DNA of 64,000 nt, from contig JAUCBJ010007329.1 of the NCBI GenBank assembly GCA_032718475.1, forward strand, positions 124,001 to 188,000, read 5' to 3'. This document shows, one piece after another, positions 47,391 through 58,902 of this stretch. The notes below the pieces were generated by a model that saw nothing but the letters and a program-made list of their open reading frames with translations, had not been told where the DNA came from and did not search any database. How positions within the stretch are numbered: position 1 is the first letter of the stretch; every line of letters starts with the position of its first letter. Made by a program: the position numbers and the translations under genes. The DNA is from Nemertoderma westbladi. Its lineage: Eukaryota; Animalia; Xenacoelomorpha.

Positions 47391-50300
47391 ACTATCAGTG
47401 ATCCATTAGGGATGATGATGGGCTTTGGTGGAATGATGATACTGTTGTTGTTCAACACCCTAGAGTTCATTACTAAGATTCCATCATCATTTAGTTGTGG
47501 CGACAGCGCGATCAGTTCACTGTCCCGTCGGAGATGCTGTTGTTTACCGACACGTTCTACCTCGTCGCCGTAACTCTTTCTCTGTTCGTAGCGGATGACG
47601 GCTTTGGCCGCTCCCTCCAGATCGATGTGTGGTTTAGTTTTTATGTCTTTGCCGACTCCCTTGAGGAAATCCCCGAAGGCTCTCCAGTACACCACTAACT
47701 TCTTGGTCTTATACCAGCTTGAGCTGTAGCTAAGGAGTTTGTCCGTCGGGTTATCACACAGTTCTTCCGGTTTGGGTTGCACGTCCCTTATCTCCCTCAC
47801 CATCTGGCTATATATCTCTTCACCTTCTGAATCTCCTCCCTCTTCCTCTAATGCTACTTCTCCTGAGCCCGGGTCCACCTTTCTTATCGGCGGCCAGGCT
47901 GCCTTGTCGTTCAGGAATTGTGGCCCGTGCTGCCACAGTACTTCCTTCTTCAAGAAAGTGTGGCGTGCTACGCCCCTTGATAACAAGTACGCTGGGTTCT
48001 CGTCCATCGGGCAGTAGTGCCACCTTTCTAACTCTGTTGTTGCCCTTATTTTGTCCACCCTGTTTGCGACGAATATAGGGTATCTCGTCCTTTCGTTATG
48101 TAGCCAACCAAGCACTACCATGGAGTCTGTCCAGTAGTGTGTTTCCACTATGTTGGGAATAGCGTCCATCAAGTAGGCTGTGGCCTTAACTCCTAACCTC
48201 GCAGCTGTCAACTCGAGTTTCGGAACCGATGCTGAATCTGGCAGTGTCGACTTCGCTTTGCTGAATGCGAGTCTGGGCTTATGAGCCCCCTCCCGTTGTA
48301 CTAGGTAGAGTGCCGCTCCGTAAGCCTCTAATGACGCATCAGAGAACATGTGTAGATCCAGATTCATCATGTCCCCATCCGGGAAATACACGCGTGGCAT
48401 GCTGTATGTTCCCATCTGCTCTAAACTCTCCGTCCACTTGCACCACTGCTTGCTGATCTCTTCCGGTACCTCTGTGTCCCACTCTTCCTTTAGCTTGTAT
48501 ACCTTCTTAAGTATTTGCTTCCCCGTATATCCTTCGTATATCCTTGCTATGTATGACACATAGCCCCTCTTTGTGTGGATGTCCGCACCCTCCTGACTCA
48601 ACTGGTATTTCAACTCGTCTGTCTCTCGGTTCCACACGATCCCTAGTGCCTTCTGTTGGGACTCTACTCTCTTGTTCGCCATGTCCTGTCCCTTGGCTGT
48701 CGTGGGATTATCCATGGTCGACTGTGGCCTCCTGTCCTCTGTGGCTTTCATGAACTCTTGCGAGCTGGATTTGAACTTGGTTAGGTTAAACCCGGATCCT
48801 TTTAGGATGTCGCGAACCTCGCACCCCGTATCCAGTAGTTCCTTAACCGTATTTCCAGACTCCATCCCGTCGTCTACATAGAAGCCGCGTCGAATCATAT
48901 CGACGGCTTTGGTGCTATATTTATCTTCCTTCCCTTCTACCGTGTCTCTTACGGCCACAGTCGTCATAAATGAAGACGACTTGGCTCCCATATTCTCTAC
49001 TACCATCTTATACATCGGTATGGTCGACGGTTCCTCGTCGCCGTCGTACCATAGGAAGCGCTGACTGTCGCTATCCTCTTCGGTTACACGGACTTGGTTG
49101 AACATGCCTTTGATGTCGCAGGTGAAGGCGTGTTTTCCGTTCCTGAATCTGAGTAGGACCTCGATCCCTGAGTTATAGATATTGGGACCCTCCAACAGAT
49201 AATCGTTTAGGCATTTTCCGTCGGTCTTGGCCGACGCATCAACTACCATGTGCAGTTTACCTTTCTTCGGGTCTAGAGCCACGTGGAGTGGCAGGTAATA
49301 GGTCCTGTCCATGTTTGGTTTGTCGACTGGTAACTCTACGGCCCATCCTTTCTTGACATACTTCCTAATCGTCTTACGAATGTATTCATTCTTTTCGGGG
49401 CTCCGTTTTAGCGTTTGCTTCAACTTACGAAGCCTCGTGAGTACCATTCTTTTATTGTTGGGTAGCGGTATCTTTGGTAGTTTCCATACCATCCCTATGG
49501 TGTACCGCCCCTCATTGCATTTCTTCGATTCCTTTACGCTCTGTAAAGCCTGTTTATCCTCTACCGAGGTTCCGACCCCGGTCTCTTTCAATCCCTCGAA
49601 ATCCTGCCTGAGCAGTCTCCTGAGCTGCTCCTCCGCTCCCTCATCTCCCATCTCTCGCATAGTTCCCGCGAACATGCACCCTGATGTCTCCGACATCCTA
49701 AACGGTATTTTGGTTTTAATTGGGCCACTCAGCGTCCACCCGAATGGTGTTAAAATCGCCACCGGGTCACACTGCCTGTCTTCGCCGAAGACCATTTGCA
49801 TTCTCTCGTGGGCCGTCGGGCAGTCCATTCCTACTATAATGGATACCTTCCTAATGTCCACCTCTGGGATTGAGAAGTCGATGCTGTCCAGGAATTTGTA
49901 TTGTTCGACCTCGATGTTGGTTGGTCGCCTGGCGTTGATATTTATCGACTCTATCACCTGGACGGGGTCGATGGTCGCCCCGTAGTCGCATCCTGGTGCT
50001 ATCGCTGCTATCCCGCACCATCCTGTCCTCATCTCCAGGACCTCATCTTTGCTGGAGATGGTTGTTACCGCCATTCTACTTGGCCTCGTCCTCAATCCTA
50101 TCTCTTCGGCCACCCAATTCTCAACCAATGTGAAGGCTGCTCCACTGTCGACCAGCATCAGTGTGGTTACTGATCGATTGCCTTCCCCGATTATCCTTAC
50201 TGGTACTACCCCGAGTAGTACTGTTCCTCTCTTCTTCGCCCCTACGGTGCTTGTTGCCATCGTCTGCCCTTTACTTTGACCGAATTTGATTGGTGTTTCC

Positions 50301-53300
50301 TTGCATTGGCTAGCTTTGTGTCCACTCATCACACATCGAGAACAAATTTCATTTCTCCTCGCGTATTCTACCTGATCTTCCCTGGGTAGCGCTTGCCAAT
50401 ACCTGCAGTTCATGGTCTGATGAAGTGCATTTGTATGTAATTGGCATTTGTTCTTTGGGTTGTAGCCGTCCTTATACAGTGCGCTGCGTATCGCACTTGC
50501 GTTCGTACCAAAGTCCCTACTGTTCTTATTGCTTGGGTTCGGCCTACTGGGCGTGCTGGGGTTATGTTTATTTGTGTTGTTATTTTTCCCCTGTCCGCTC
50601 CATGATGTGGTCTTACCCCCGGCTACATGTGGACTAGCAGTCCCCTGCGTCGCCGCATACGGCAGTGATTGTCTGAGCTTTGGCAATGCGTTCGCCGCGT
50701 TATGTTCTGGTTTCGGCCTGTGGTATTCGGTCTTTGGTCCCTTTCCCAGGCTATCCTCGCTATAGACTGTGTCCGTTATTAGTTCGGCTTCATAGTTTAA
50801 GAAGCTCGACATTTCTTCTAAACCCGGTTCCGCACCCTTCCTGTCTCGAGTGGAGAAGGCGATCTTCCTCCACTTGTTGCGCAACCACATCGGCAGTGCC
50901 TGCTCTATCGTGGTGATGTTATTGGATGCGTTAAGTTCGTATGGCGCGTCCAGCGTCTTTAACACGATTAGCACTTTCTCGACTTTGTTAGCGAACGTCA
51001 TTATGCTAACGGGGTTATCCTGTAGGCCACCCTATGTTATACCTCTCAGGGTCTGCCGGATTATCTTGGCTGGGTGCCCGTACTCCATGTCTAGTGCCCG
51101 CCATGCTGTCGGGAAGCCACCCTCGATGCCCTGGTATTGCCTCACGATGTCGTATGCTGGGCCTCCTGTATACACTTGCAGATACTTTAGGCACTCCGCT
51201 TGTGTCAAATTCTTTGTTAGTATTTCATTGCTATACATGCGCCGAAACTGCAGGTATTCTTCCGGCCTACTTCCATCGAATTTGAATGGTTCCACGGGTG
51301 GTAACTCGATCCTAGTTTTTAATGCATCGATTAACGTGGCCATTCCCATCGCTTGTGCATCCAATGGGTTCGATGGATGCCGTATAGATTCTCCTGTTGG
51401 GTGCGGCCCGTTCGTCCTTTTCGTTGCCTTTCTTTGGCTTGGATATATCATCGGGGGTAGCGGCCCCCTCCATATTTCGGTGTCGCATGATCTATTCTCG
51501 TCCAAGGGGTTCGATGTTCTTGTTCCTATTGGGGTGTATTGTGGATATTGTGATGGGGGAATGTCACCCTGTCCCCCCCCCCCCCCCCCACCGGTATGTT
51601 TGATACTGGGGTTGATGTTAATATATTGGGGCCCATGCACCTATCCGCAATAACTCTCCCCTCCCCTGGATATATGTTATGTCCTTGCATGCTGTAGTCA
51701 TACTGCTGTGCTGGTACCGGTATAGGCCTATCTACTTCTGGCCTACCTGCCGGTATGTACTCCGCGACTTCCGGGTTTAATCCCGTGGTCCGCGCTATCC
51801 TATCGCCTACATTATCTCTCCCAGCATGGCCTATGGTATGTGCAGTAAGGCCTACAGTATGTCCTGCAGTCTGTATGTGTCGCTCGGGATCAAAGTTTAA
51901 CCTTCTCGAATAATCCTCCCCGCGGCTACCGTATTCTCGATCGGCAGGTATATCCCGTCGGGAAGTTTCTCTTCGATCCCCTCTACTGCTCTCGTCCTCG
52001 TGCCGGTACATCCTGTACCCCTCTCTCTGCGCGTAGTACGCCTCGTCAGGTCGCGTATCCCCGGGACGATGGCAATCTCCCGGACTTCGACCCCACTGAC
52101 TCTCCGTCTCCATCTCCACTACCGACGGCTCGCTATCCGTCCTCGCTCTCCTGTCGTTCGTGACGGCACTTCTTCTACTCTCTTCCCTTCTTCTCTCTGT
52201 AGTGCAGTATCCCCGTTCGTGAGATCTCTCGTCGACCTCCCGGTTAAACTCCACTGTTCTTCTTCCCTCTTCTGATTGGGCTCGACGTCTCGTCGCTCGC
52301 CCTCTCGCGACGTCAACCTGTCTCTCTCTGCTCGATCGCACGCCGCTGGGGATACTCGTAATCCCCCTACTATTCTCCATCGCCGGGTGCTGCGGTTCAC
52401 CTAATTTGTCCCGCGCACTATCCGCCGACGCTTGTGGGACACTCTTTGCCCCCCCCCCCCCCTCTTGCTGCTAATCTCTCGTTGTGGGGCTCCTGTAGCC
52501 CCCCCCCCCCCCCCCCCCCACTCGCCACCTATTACTTCACTATCTCTCACTTCGCTCCTACACCCCTCTCTAGTCGACACACCAACCCTACTGCGGCTGG
52601 GTCTATTCACCCTCGCCTCTCCCTCTGCTACTGTGTGGCCTACCAGGCCCTCCTCGGGTTGACTCAACGCCGCCACTTCCTGCCTACTAACTACGTGGCC
52701 TACCAGGCCCTCGTTGGGTAGACTCAACCCCGCCACTTCCTGCCTACTAACTACGTGGCCTACCAGGCCCTTCATTGGGGTTTCTCACCCCCGCCACCTC
52801 CTGCCTACTAACTACGTGGCCTACCAGGCTCTCGTTTGCCGGGCTGTGCACGTCCGCCACGTTTATATTAATAGCACCATTACCAATATTATTTTCTAAA
52901 TCGATTAAGTTATCAGAATTATTTGAACTATTTTGCGTAATTATATTATTTGAATTGTTTTGTATATTCGGGTTTAGATTATTATTTAAATTATTCGAAT
53001 TATTTTGTAAATTCGAATCTACATTATTTAAGTTATTTCCTACATTTATATTAAAACCGTTCAGATTTAAATTACTACTATCGGACAAAATATTATTTCC
53101 TGCAATGAAAGTTTGATTAGGATTATCCACTACGGTACTATTAATATTAACGTGCTCTACTGTATTATTATTATTATTACCCCCCCCCCCCCCCCCCCCC
53201 CCCGCCCGTACCAGTCTTGGGTCTGTCGTCCGGTCCCTGTAAGTGGGGTATTAATAAATGTTTCCCTAACTTCTGGTTCCTCGTAAATACTACCCGAGCC

Positions 53301-54450
53301 AGTCTCGCTCTCTGACAGCCCCATCTGCGCCAGTTATAGTCGGCGCTTCTGTTTCGCCTGATACTGCATAAGCCCCCTTAACGGGCATGCATACCATCCC
53401 GCACACGTTTTCCCTCTATCTCCCTCTCTCTATCCTCTCGTGAACTCTGATCAGCTAACTCCGCCTCTCTCACAACTCTCTCAAGTCGTCTCGCCTCGCG
53501 CTCTTTTCGCTCACTCTCTTATCTCACCTCCCTCACCGCCTCGCGCTCTTTTCGTTCACTCTGCTCTCTCGTCTAATGCTCTTTGCATTCGTTCTCCGCT
53601 CTCTCCCCTCTCGCCTCTCTCGCCGCCTCACGCTCTTCTTGCTCTTTCCTTTCCTTCCTTCCTATCTCCTCATACTCCCTAAAGCTTCTCGCGACCCTCT
53701 CGGCCCTCTTTTCATTCTCTCTAGCCAGTTCTCTCTCTTTCTCTAGTAACGCACTCCCTTCTTCCAACTGTCTCTCTAATTCTCTCTGGTCTAGCGCCGC
53801 CAGATCGAGCTGGCACGCCAGATCTATTTCTAGCACCCGTCTTACTTTTGTGGATGATGTAGCAGACTTATCTGTCGCGACGGACTCCCGCCGCCTTCCC
53901 ATCCTACTGACTTTCCCCCGCTTTCCGGAATTTTCACCGACCGACGAGACCGAATCCTCGGGGTTAACCTCGGATTCGCCATCCTCCGGTCCCCTCCAAC
54001 CCACTAACTTAATTCCCCGGGCATCGACTAAGTATGGCCCTATGTACACTACACCAGGTTCCATACCCCTACATTCCCACAGTTCAAACAGTTCGGTGGC
54101 GACCCCTCTCGCTCTCTCGTTGGCCAGTTCTCCCTGCCCAAAGCGTACTAAATAATCAAAATGTTTATTCAACTCACCTAGCCGCTTCTCTAGCTTTACC
54201 TCGTCTATCTTGGCCCCTCCTTTGGCTTCCCTCAGTTGCTTTCGGGTCGCGTTGTAGGCTCGTCGGAGCCGGTCGCTGACCCCGACGTCCTCGTCGCTGA
54301 CGTCTCCTCTTTCTCTCCGTGTTCAGCTTTGTACTGGCGGCTCCACCGTCGCTGTTCCGGTGGGCCGTCCATCGCCCTCGGCCTGTGGCTGGCCGGCGAC
54401 ATCGGTACGTCAACCGCCGCCGTGTGTCGACTCGTCTCTCCCTTCTCTCC
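47390..54450 (-). pseudogene. BEL-2 gag-pol, disrupted, integrase core deleted
   Basis: FKFDG gag motif, CQLH/CSRC knuckles, LVDSGA protease, FYVDD RT, FSDAS RNase H. Similarity stops at PIIIP just before the integrase HHCC. In-frame stop at 51032 and frameshifts at poly-G runs. Start position uncertain. Confidence 0.88.
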
Positions 54451-54674
54451 ATTCGCTCGTACCTCGTTGTAGATGGCCCCCCTCTGCTTGGATTGCCGGA
54501 TCGTCTATCGTCGACGAACCCGGCGTCGTGGGTTGATACCGTCGCGTCGCGTCCTCGCGGATCGTTAGGTTATCTTCCGGGGTGCGCGGCGGTGTCGTCT
54601 CTCCTTCTCGACTCATCTTTGTCTTTACTCTTGGTGGCTGGCAGTCACAGTTTCGGGTTTCGGATTTCTATTAC

Positions 54675-56825
54675 TGTGACGGGATCTGGGAATCCCGACC
54701 GGTTGGTTATTCTATTTACGCGTCCCCGCCGTGTGTGAAAAGAGTTCGTTGGATTGAGAGTTCTGAAGTTCTTGATTAACATGTATAAAATATAGTGAAT
54801 GAATAATATAAGCACAGTTAATAGGATCAAGTAATAAGTGAATGATATACCGGTAAAAATAGATGATGATGGTAGCGGCAGCGGACGGTAATAGAAGTTG
54901 CCGTTCCGCCCTAACTGAACTGACTAACTAAGTAAAGATATGGGAAACAGTAACTGGTAATATACTGCCCTAGGTTGGCCATATTAGCGGATGCCTGCCC
55001 CACATTGGCTAATAACTTAATTCTCGCCCTCCCATCTCTCTGGGAGTGTTTCCCCCCGCTACTGTCATTCTCTCCCTCCCGGAGGTATAACTTCTGACCC
55101 CCGCTGTGTGTTCCTTTGGGGCCTGTTGTCCCCGTTTATTGGGGTGATACTAGGTTGATTGGCAATCAACCTCGCACTCCCAATATTGCTTAACCCTATT
55201 AGTACCGGGCTATAAAATGTTGTACAAATACCGGGGGGGGGGGGGTCATATAGACCCCCCCCCCCCCCCCCCCCCCCTCTAAAATCTACAAATATTAACG
55301 AAAACGTCTGATTTTTTGTTTGTACGTAGGTATCACTTGTCTGGATCCGACCGAAAAAAAAAAATTTCGAAAAAATGTACTGGGGTGGTTATATTGCAGC
55401 ACCAAAATTACAAGTAGTGCACAATTTTCACAAAATTTGAAAGTTACATTTTCGGCTAATTATTTTTCAATACAGGTTTTCTGGGGTGCAAAATACATTT
55501 GAAAATATTTAAAAATGAAATGATTACTATAAATGGCTGTTTAGTCCTCTCTGCGTAGGAAAAAAATGAAAAAAACAAGTAACCAGCACTTTTCAGTTAG
55601 AACACAACATTTTTAATTCACCAATACGATGCTATAAATTCACATTTTCAGGTTTTCGAGGGTGCTGATTCTAATGGAATACATTTCTAATATGCCAGAT
55701 CATTGCTACTTGTATTTTTCGGCGTAATTTGGCAAATTTTGGTGCTAGCACCAAATTTCGTACCCATCACCAAAAAGTACAAGTTTGCGATGTCCAGTGC
55801 TGTTTTTATTGATTCCATCGGATTCAAGACCCTCATAAACCCGTATAACGCAAGAAACAAGGTGATACTATCTACAGATCAATTTGCATATTTTCCAAAA
55901 TTTGGTGCTGGCACAACAATTTTCACCCACCGGCGAAAAATACAAGTTTGAGAACTCTTATGAAATTTTTACCGATTCCATTGAATTTAGAACCATCACA
56001 AACCCGTATAACGCAAGAAACAAGGTGACACAATCAATTGATATATTTGATGGTTTTCAAAATTTGGTGCTAGCACCACATTTTGCACCCACATCCGAAA
56101 AATACAAGTTTGAGATGTCTAGTTCGATAATTATATATTCCATTGAATTCAGAACAGCCATAAACCTCTAAAACGCAAGAAATAAATTATCACAAGCAAT
56201 TTTATCTCTTGAATGGATTTTCAAAATTTCGTGCTAGCACCAAAATTTGCACACAGCACCGAAAAATACGAGTTTGATACGCTTGGTGCAACTCGTATAT
56301 ATTTCATCGAATCCAGAACCCCAAAAAACCCCAATTGCGTAAAAAACAAGTTTCAAACAATCAATTTACAAAATTGACATATTTCAAAATTTGGTGCTGG
56401 CACCAAAATTTGGCACCCACCGAAAAAAACAAGTTTGAAATTTCTAAATCAATTTATATGAATTCCATCCAATTGCTAACCCCAAAAAACCGGTGTAAAT
56501 CAAAAATAGAGATGTTACAATTAATATTTAATGAAATGTAATTTTCAAAAAACGCCTCAAAAAAAGTGCCAAAAGTAGGGTTAAAAAATGGTGCTATAAC
56601 TCAAAAACTACCCAATATTTTTGAAAACGGTTTTCACTACTAGGAAGACAATAGATTTTTAGGAAAAGTCATAAAATTTCAGACTACCAACTGCGTTTGT
56701 TTCAGAATTATAATAAAAAAACCACGGGGGGGGTCATATTGACCCCCCCCCCCCGGGTTTAATAGGGTTAAAGGCCCTGCTTGGCCAACTTTATGGGGTG
56801 GTTGGCGGAATTGAATTCGCTAACA
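54675..56825 (-). repeat. BEL-2 5' LTR interrupted by piggyBac MITE copy 2
   Basis: 54675-55193 plus 56772-56825 match 44023-44611. Confidence 0.9.
55194..56767 (+). mobile_element. Non-autonomous piggyBac-type element, copy 2
   Basis: TTAA TSD (55190-55193, 56768-56771), CCCT...AGGG ends, highly similar to 33246-35099. The empty site is visible in the other LTR near 44553. Confidence 0.93.
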
Positions 56826-57559
56826 TTCCCAACAAACCTGACTGAAAGATACAGATGCCCCCGGGCCAAATAGGGTTAAAGACCTCGAAAGTACATCAGA
56901 TGCCCTGTTTGTTTTAATGTCGTTCGAGGCAGATAAGACCCTTCAAATTTTATATCACCAATGGGGATACAGAGAGTATTGTGTCTGACAAAGGTGCACA
57001 GTAAATTAGTCATTCAGTTCTTTATTGTTATTCAGCAATAATTCCTCAAAATGCCAAAGATAGTTCCACCCCAGGTCACCGGTGTAAACATTCCTCAAAA
57101 TGAGCCTTCCAGATTGCCAAGCGCTCGCCTGGAGAAACATCCTTCTGTCTCATCCGACCGTACAGGTTGATTGCCGGGCTTTGGCACAGTTGCTACTTTC
57201 ATCGCAGCATGGATGGCATCAACCTGCTGGATGATTAGATCTGCTTTATTACTAATCGAGTATTGCCTATTTAGAGATTTTTTCTGTGGCTTTCACTGCA
57301 TTTTTTTGTTGATGTTGTTTTTGTGCATCGGCTATAATACTATCTTTGGGTTTTGTTCAAGGCCTCTCTAATGTCTAGAATGAGTTGGTGTGCCCAGGGG
57401 ATCTTCTTCCCATTCAGCTGACATGGCTCAGAGGAACAGTTGTTAATGCAGCTGACATTAATGCTGCAGCGAATTGAGTATATTCCTTACAGCTGTTCAT
57501 TTCATCATTTATCGGGATGGAATATCAATTTGAAACTTCAATTGTAAGTCTATCCTTTA

Positions 57560-57860
57560 TAAAGAGGTTATTCAATGTAAACCAGTCATGATATGGGATG
57601 GACTTTTTAAGACCCTTGAAGGCCTATGAAGACCCATGAAGGCTTCACTTTGGTCTTTCCCACAAAACCAAGTGATATCAGTCTGGAATATGCGTACTGT
57701 AAGACTGGAGCAGTCAAATACTGATCCTGTATAATTCTTATGCTTGTTATGCTTATTTTCTTTATGGGGCTGCCAAAGCACAATATTTTGCACAGGCTGG
57801 TCCTCACAGCGAAAGCAATATCTTGCAAAGTGGAGGCGACTTTTTATTGTGGAACATATT
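57560..57860 (-). mobile_element. RTE-clade LINE 3' fragment related to 41630-41945
   Basis: Shares gcacaggctggtcctcac.gcgaaagcaat.tcttgcaaag.ggaggc with ~41838-41886. Confidence 0.6.
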
Positions 57861-57949
57861 GGGTAATATTAATTATTATTATTATTAATCGACAACAGGC
57901 ATACGTATATGTTATTGTTGAATTACACATTAACTATAATCTAGCTAGC

Positions 57950-58225
57950 AAAGTAAAAGTAAAAGTAAAATTTTTTCGGCCACCATGCCAGGGATTACGC
58001 ACAAAGTCTGACGACTTATTTCCAGTGCGGTCCCCCCAGAACTTTACTCCCCAGAGGAAACTAAAGTACTCATTTAGCTACCACTTAAGGATGCAAGGCA
58101 TAGATGCGCCCTGGCTGGTCCCTTTAAAGTTTTCGTGCCGAAACGAAAACTGCCCTAGCCCATGTGAGGATCGAACCCACGACCTACAGGAGATGTGAAT
58201 TCAATGCAACCACTACACCAAGGTG
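57950..58225 (-). mobile_element. tRNA-derived SINE with Deu/Nin-like central domain
   Basis: A box TGGTGTAGTGG, B box GGTTCGATCC, central gccttgcatccttaagtggtagctaaatgagtac, (TTTTAC)n tail. Confidence 0.75.
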
Positions 58226-58902
58226 GAACAATCCCTCCCTGATTGCAAATAATTTACTCAAATACAAAGCCAAGTAAAGGGCTGAGACAGTTCCTTTTCC
58301 ATTAAATTTCTGCTGTTATTAACCTTTTTGTCAATATCTGGATCCACTCTCATGTACGAAAATACTCTTGTTTCAGAACATATATTCCTAAAATATTATT
58401 CGAAGTCAGCAAGAGATTATTTAGATTGTGGTGATTTATTTTCGTTACCGGCTGAATTTTTCAGGCTTGTCTCATTGACCTCGATACTCAACTGTTCCAA
58501 ATTTCGAGACTGGTCGTGTCTGTAATTTGCCCGTGCTTGTCTAGTATCTTACAATACATACTACGGCGGGCGGGTGTGGAATATACCAATTTTAGACGCC
58601 ACAGTCCGATCAGACTTCCACTTATTGAGTACATTCCTAAATGCCGTTCGCTTTGCTAGGCACTCGTGATTATACCACAAGCACACATTATTGTCGTTAG
58701 TACTATCCCTACTCTTATATGTGTTATTTGCCTCCACTTTAAATAACTGTCCCGCTACATTAAAATATACAATATACATGAACATGATTACAGGACACAT
58801 TCCTTATCATCTTGTCAATTCCCATATACGACCTCATATAATAACATTTAGACCTCTACAAATAGTTTTACAACAATTCGTGACGTAATATTTTACAATT
58901 CC

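Larger units (their letters stand above)
44023..56825 (-). mobile_element. Decayed Bel/Pao LTR retrotransposon (BEL-2) with 5-bp TSD TTCCC
   Basis: Two diverged LTRs; TTCCC at 44018-44022 and 56826-56830; G-rich PPT beside 44612; fragmented gag-pol. Confidence 0.92.

Noticed and set aside
56860-56880. Isolated piggyBac-like end AATAGGG-TTAA
   Set aside because: No partner end or transposase could be identified by eye.
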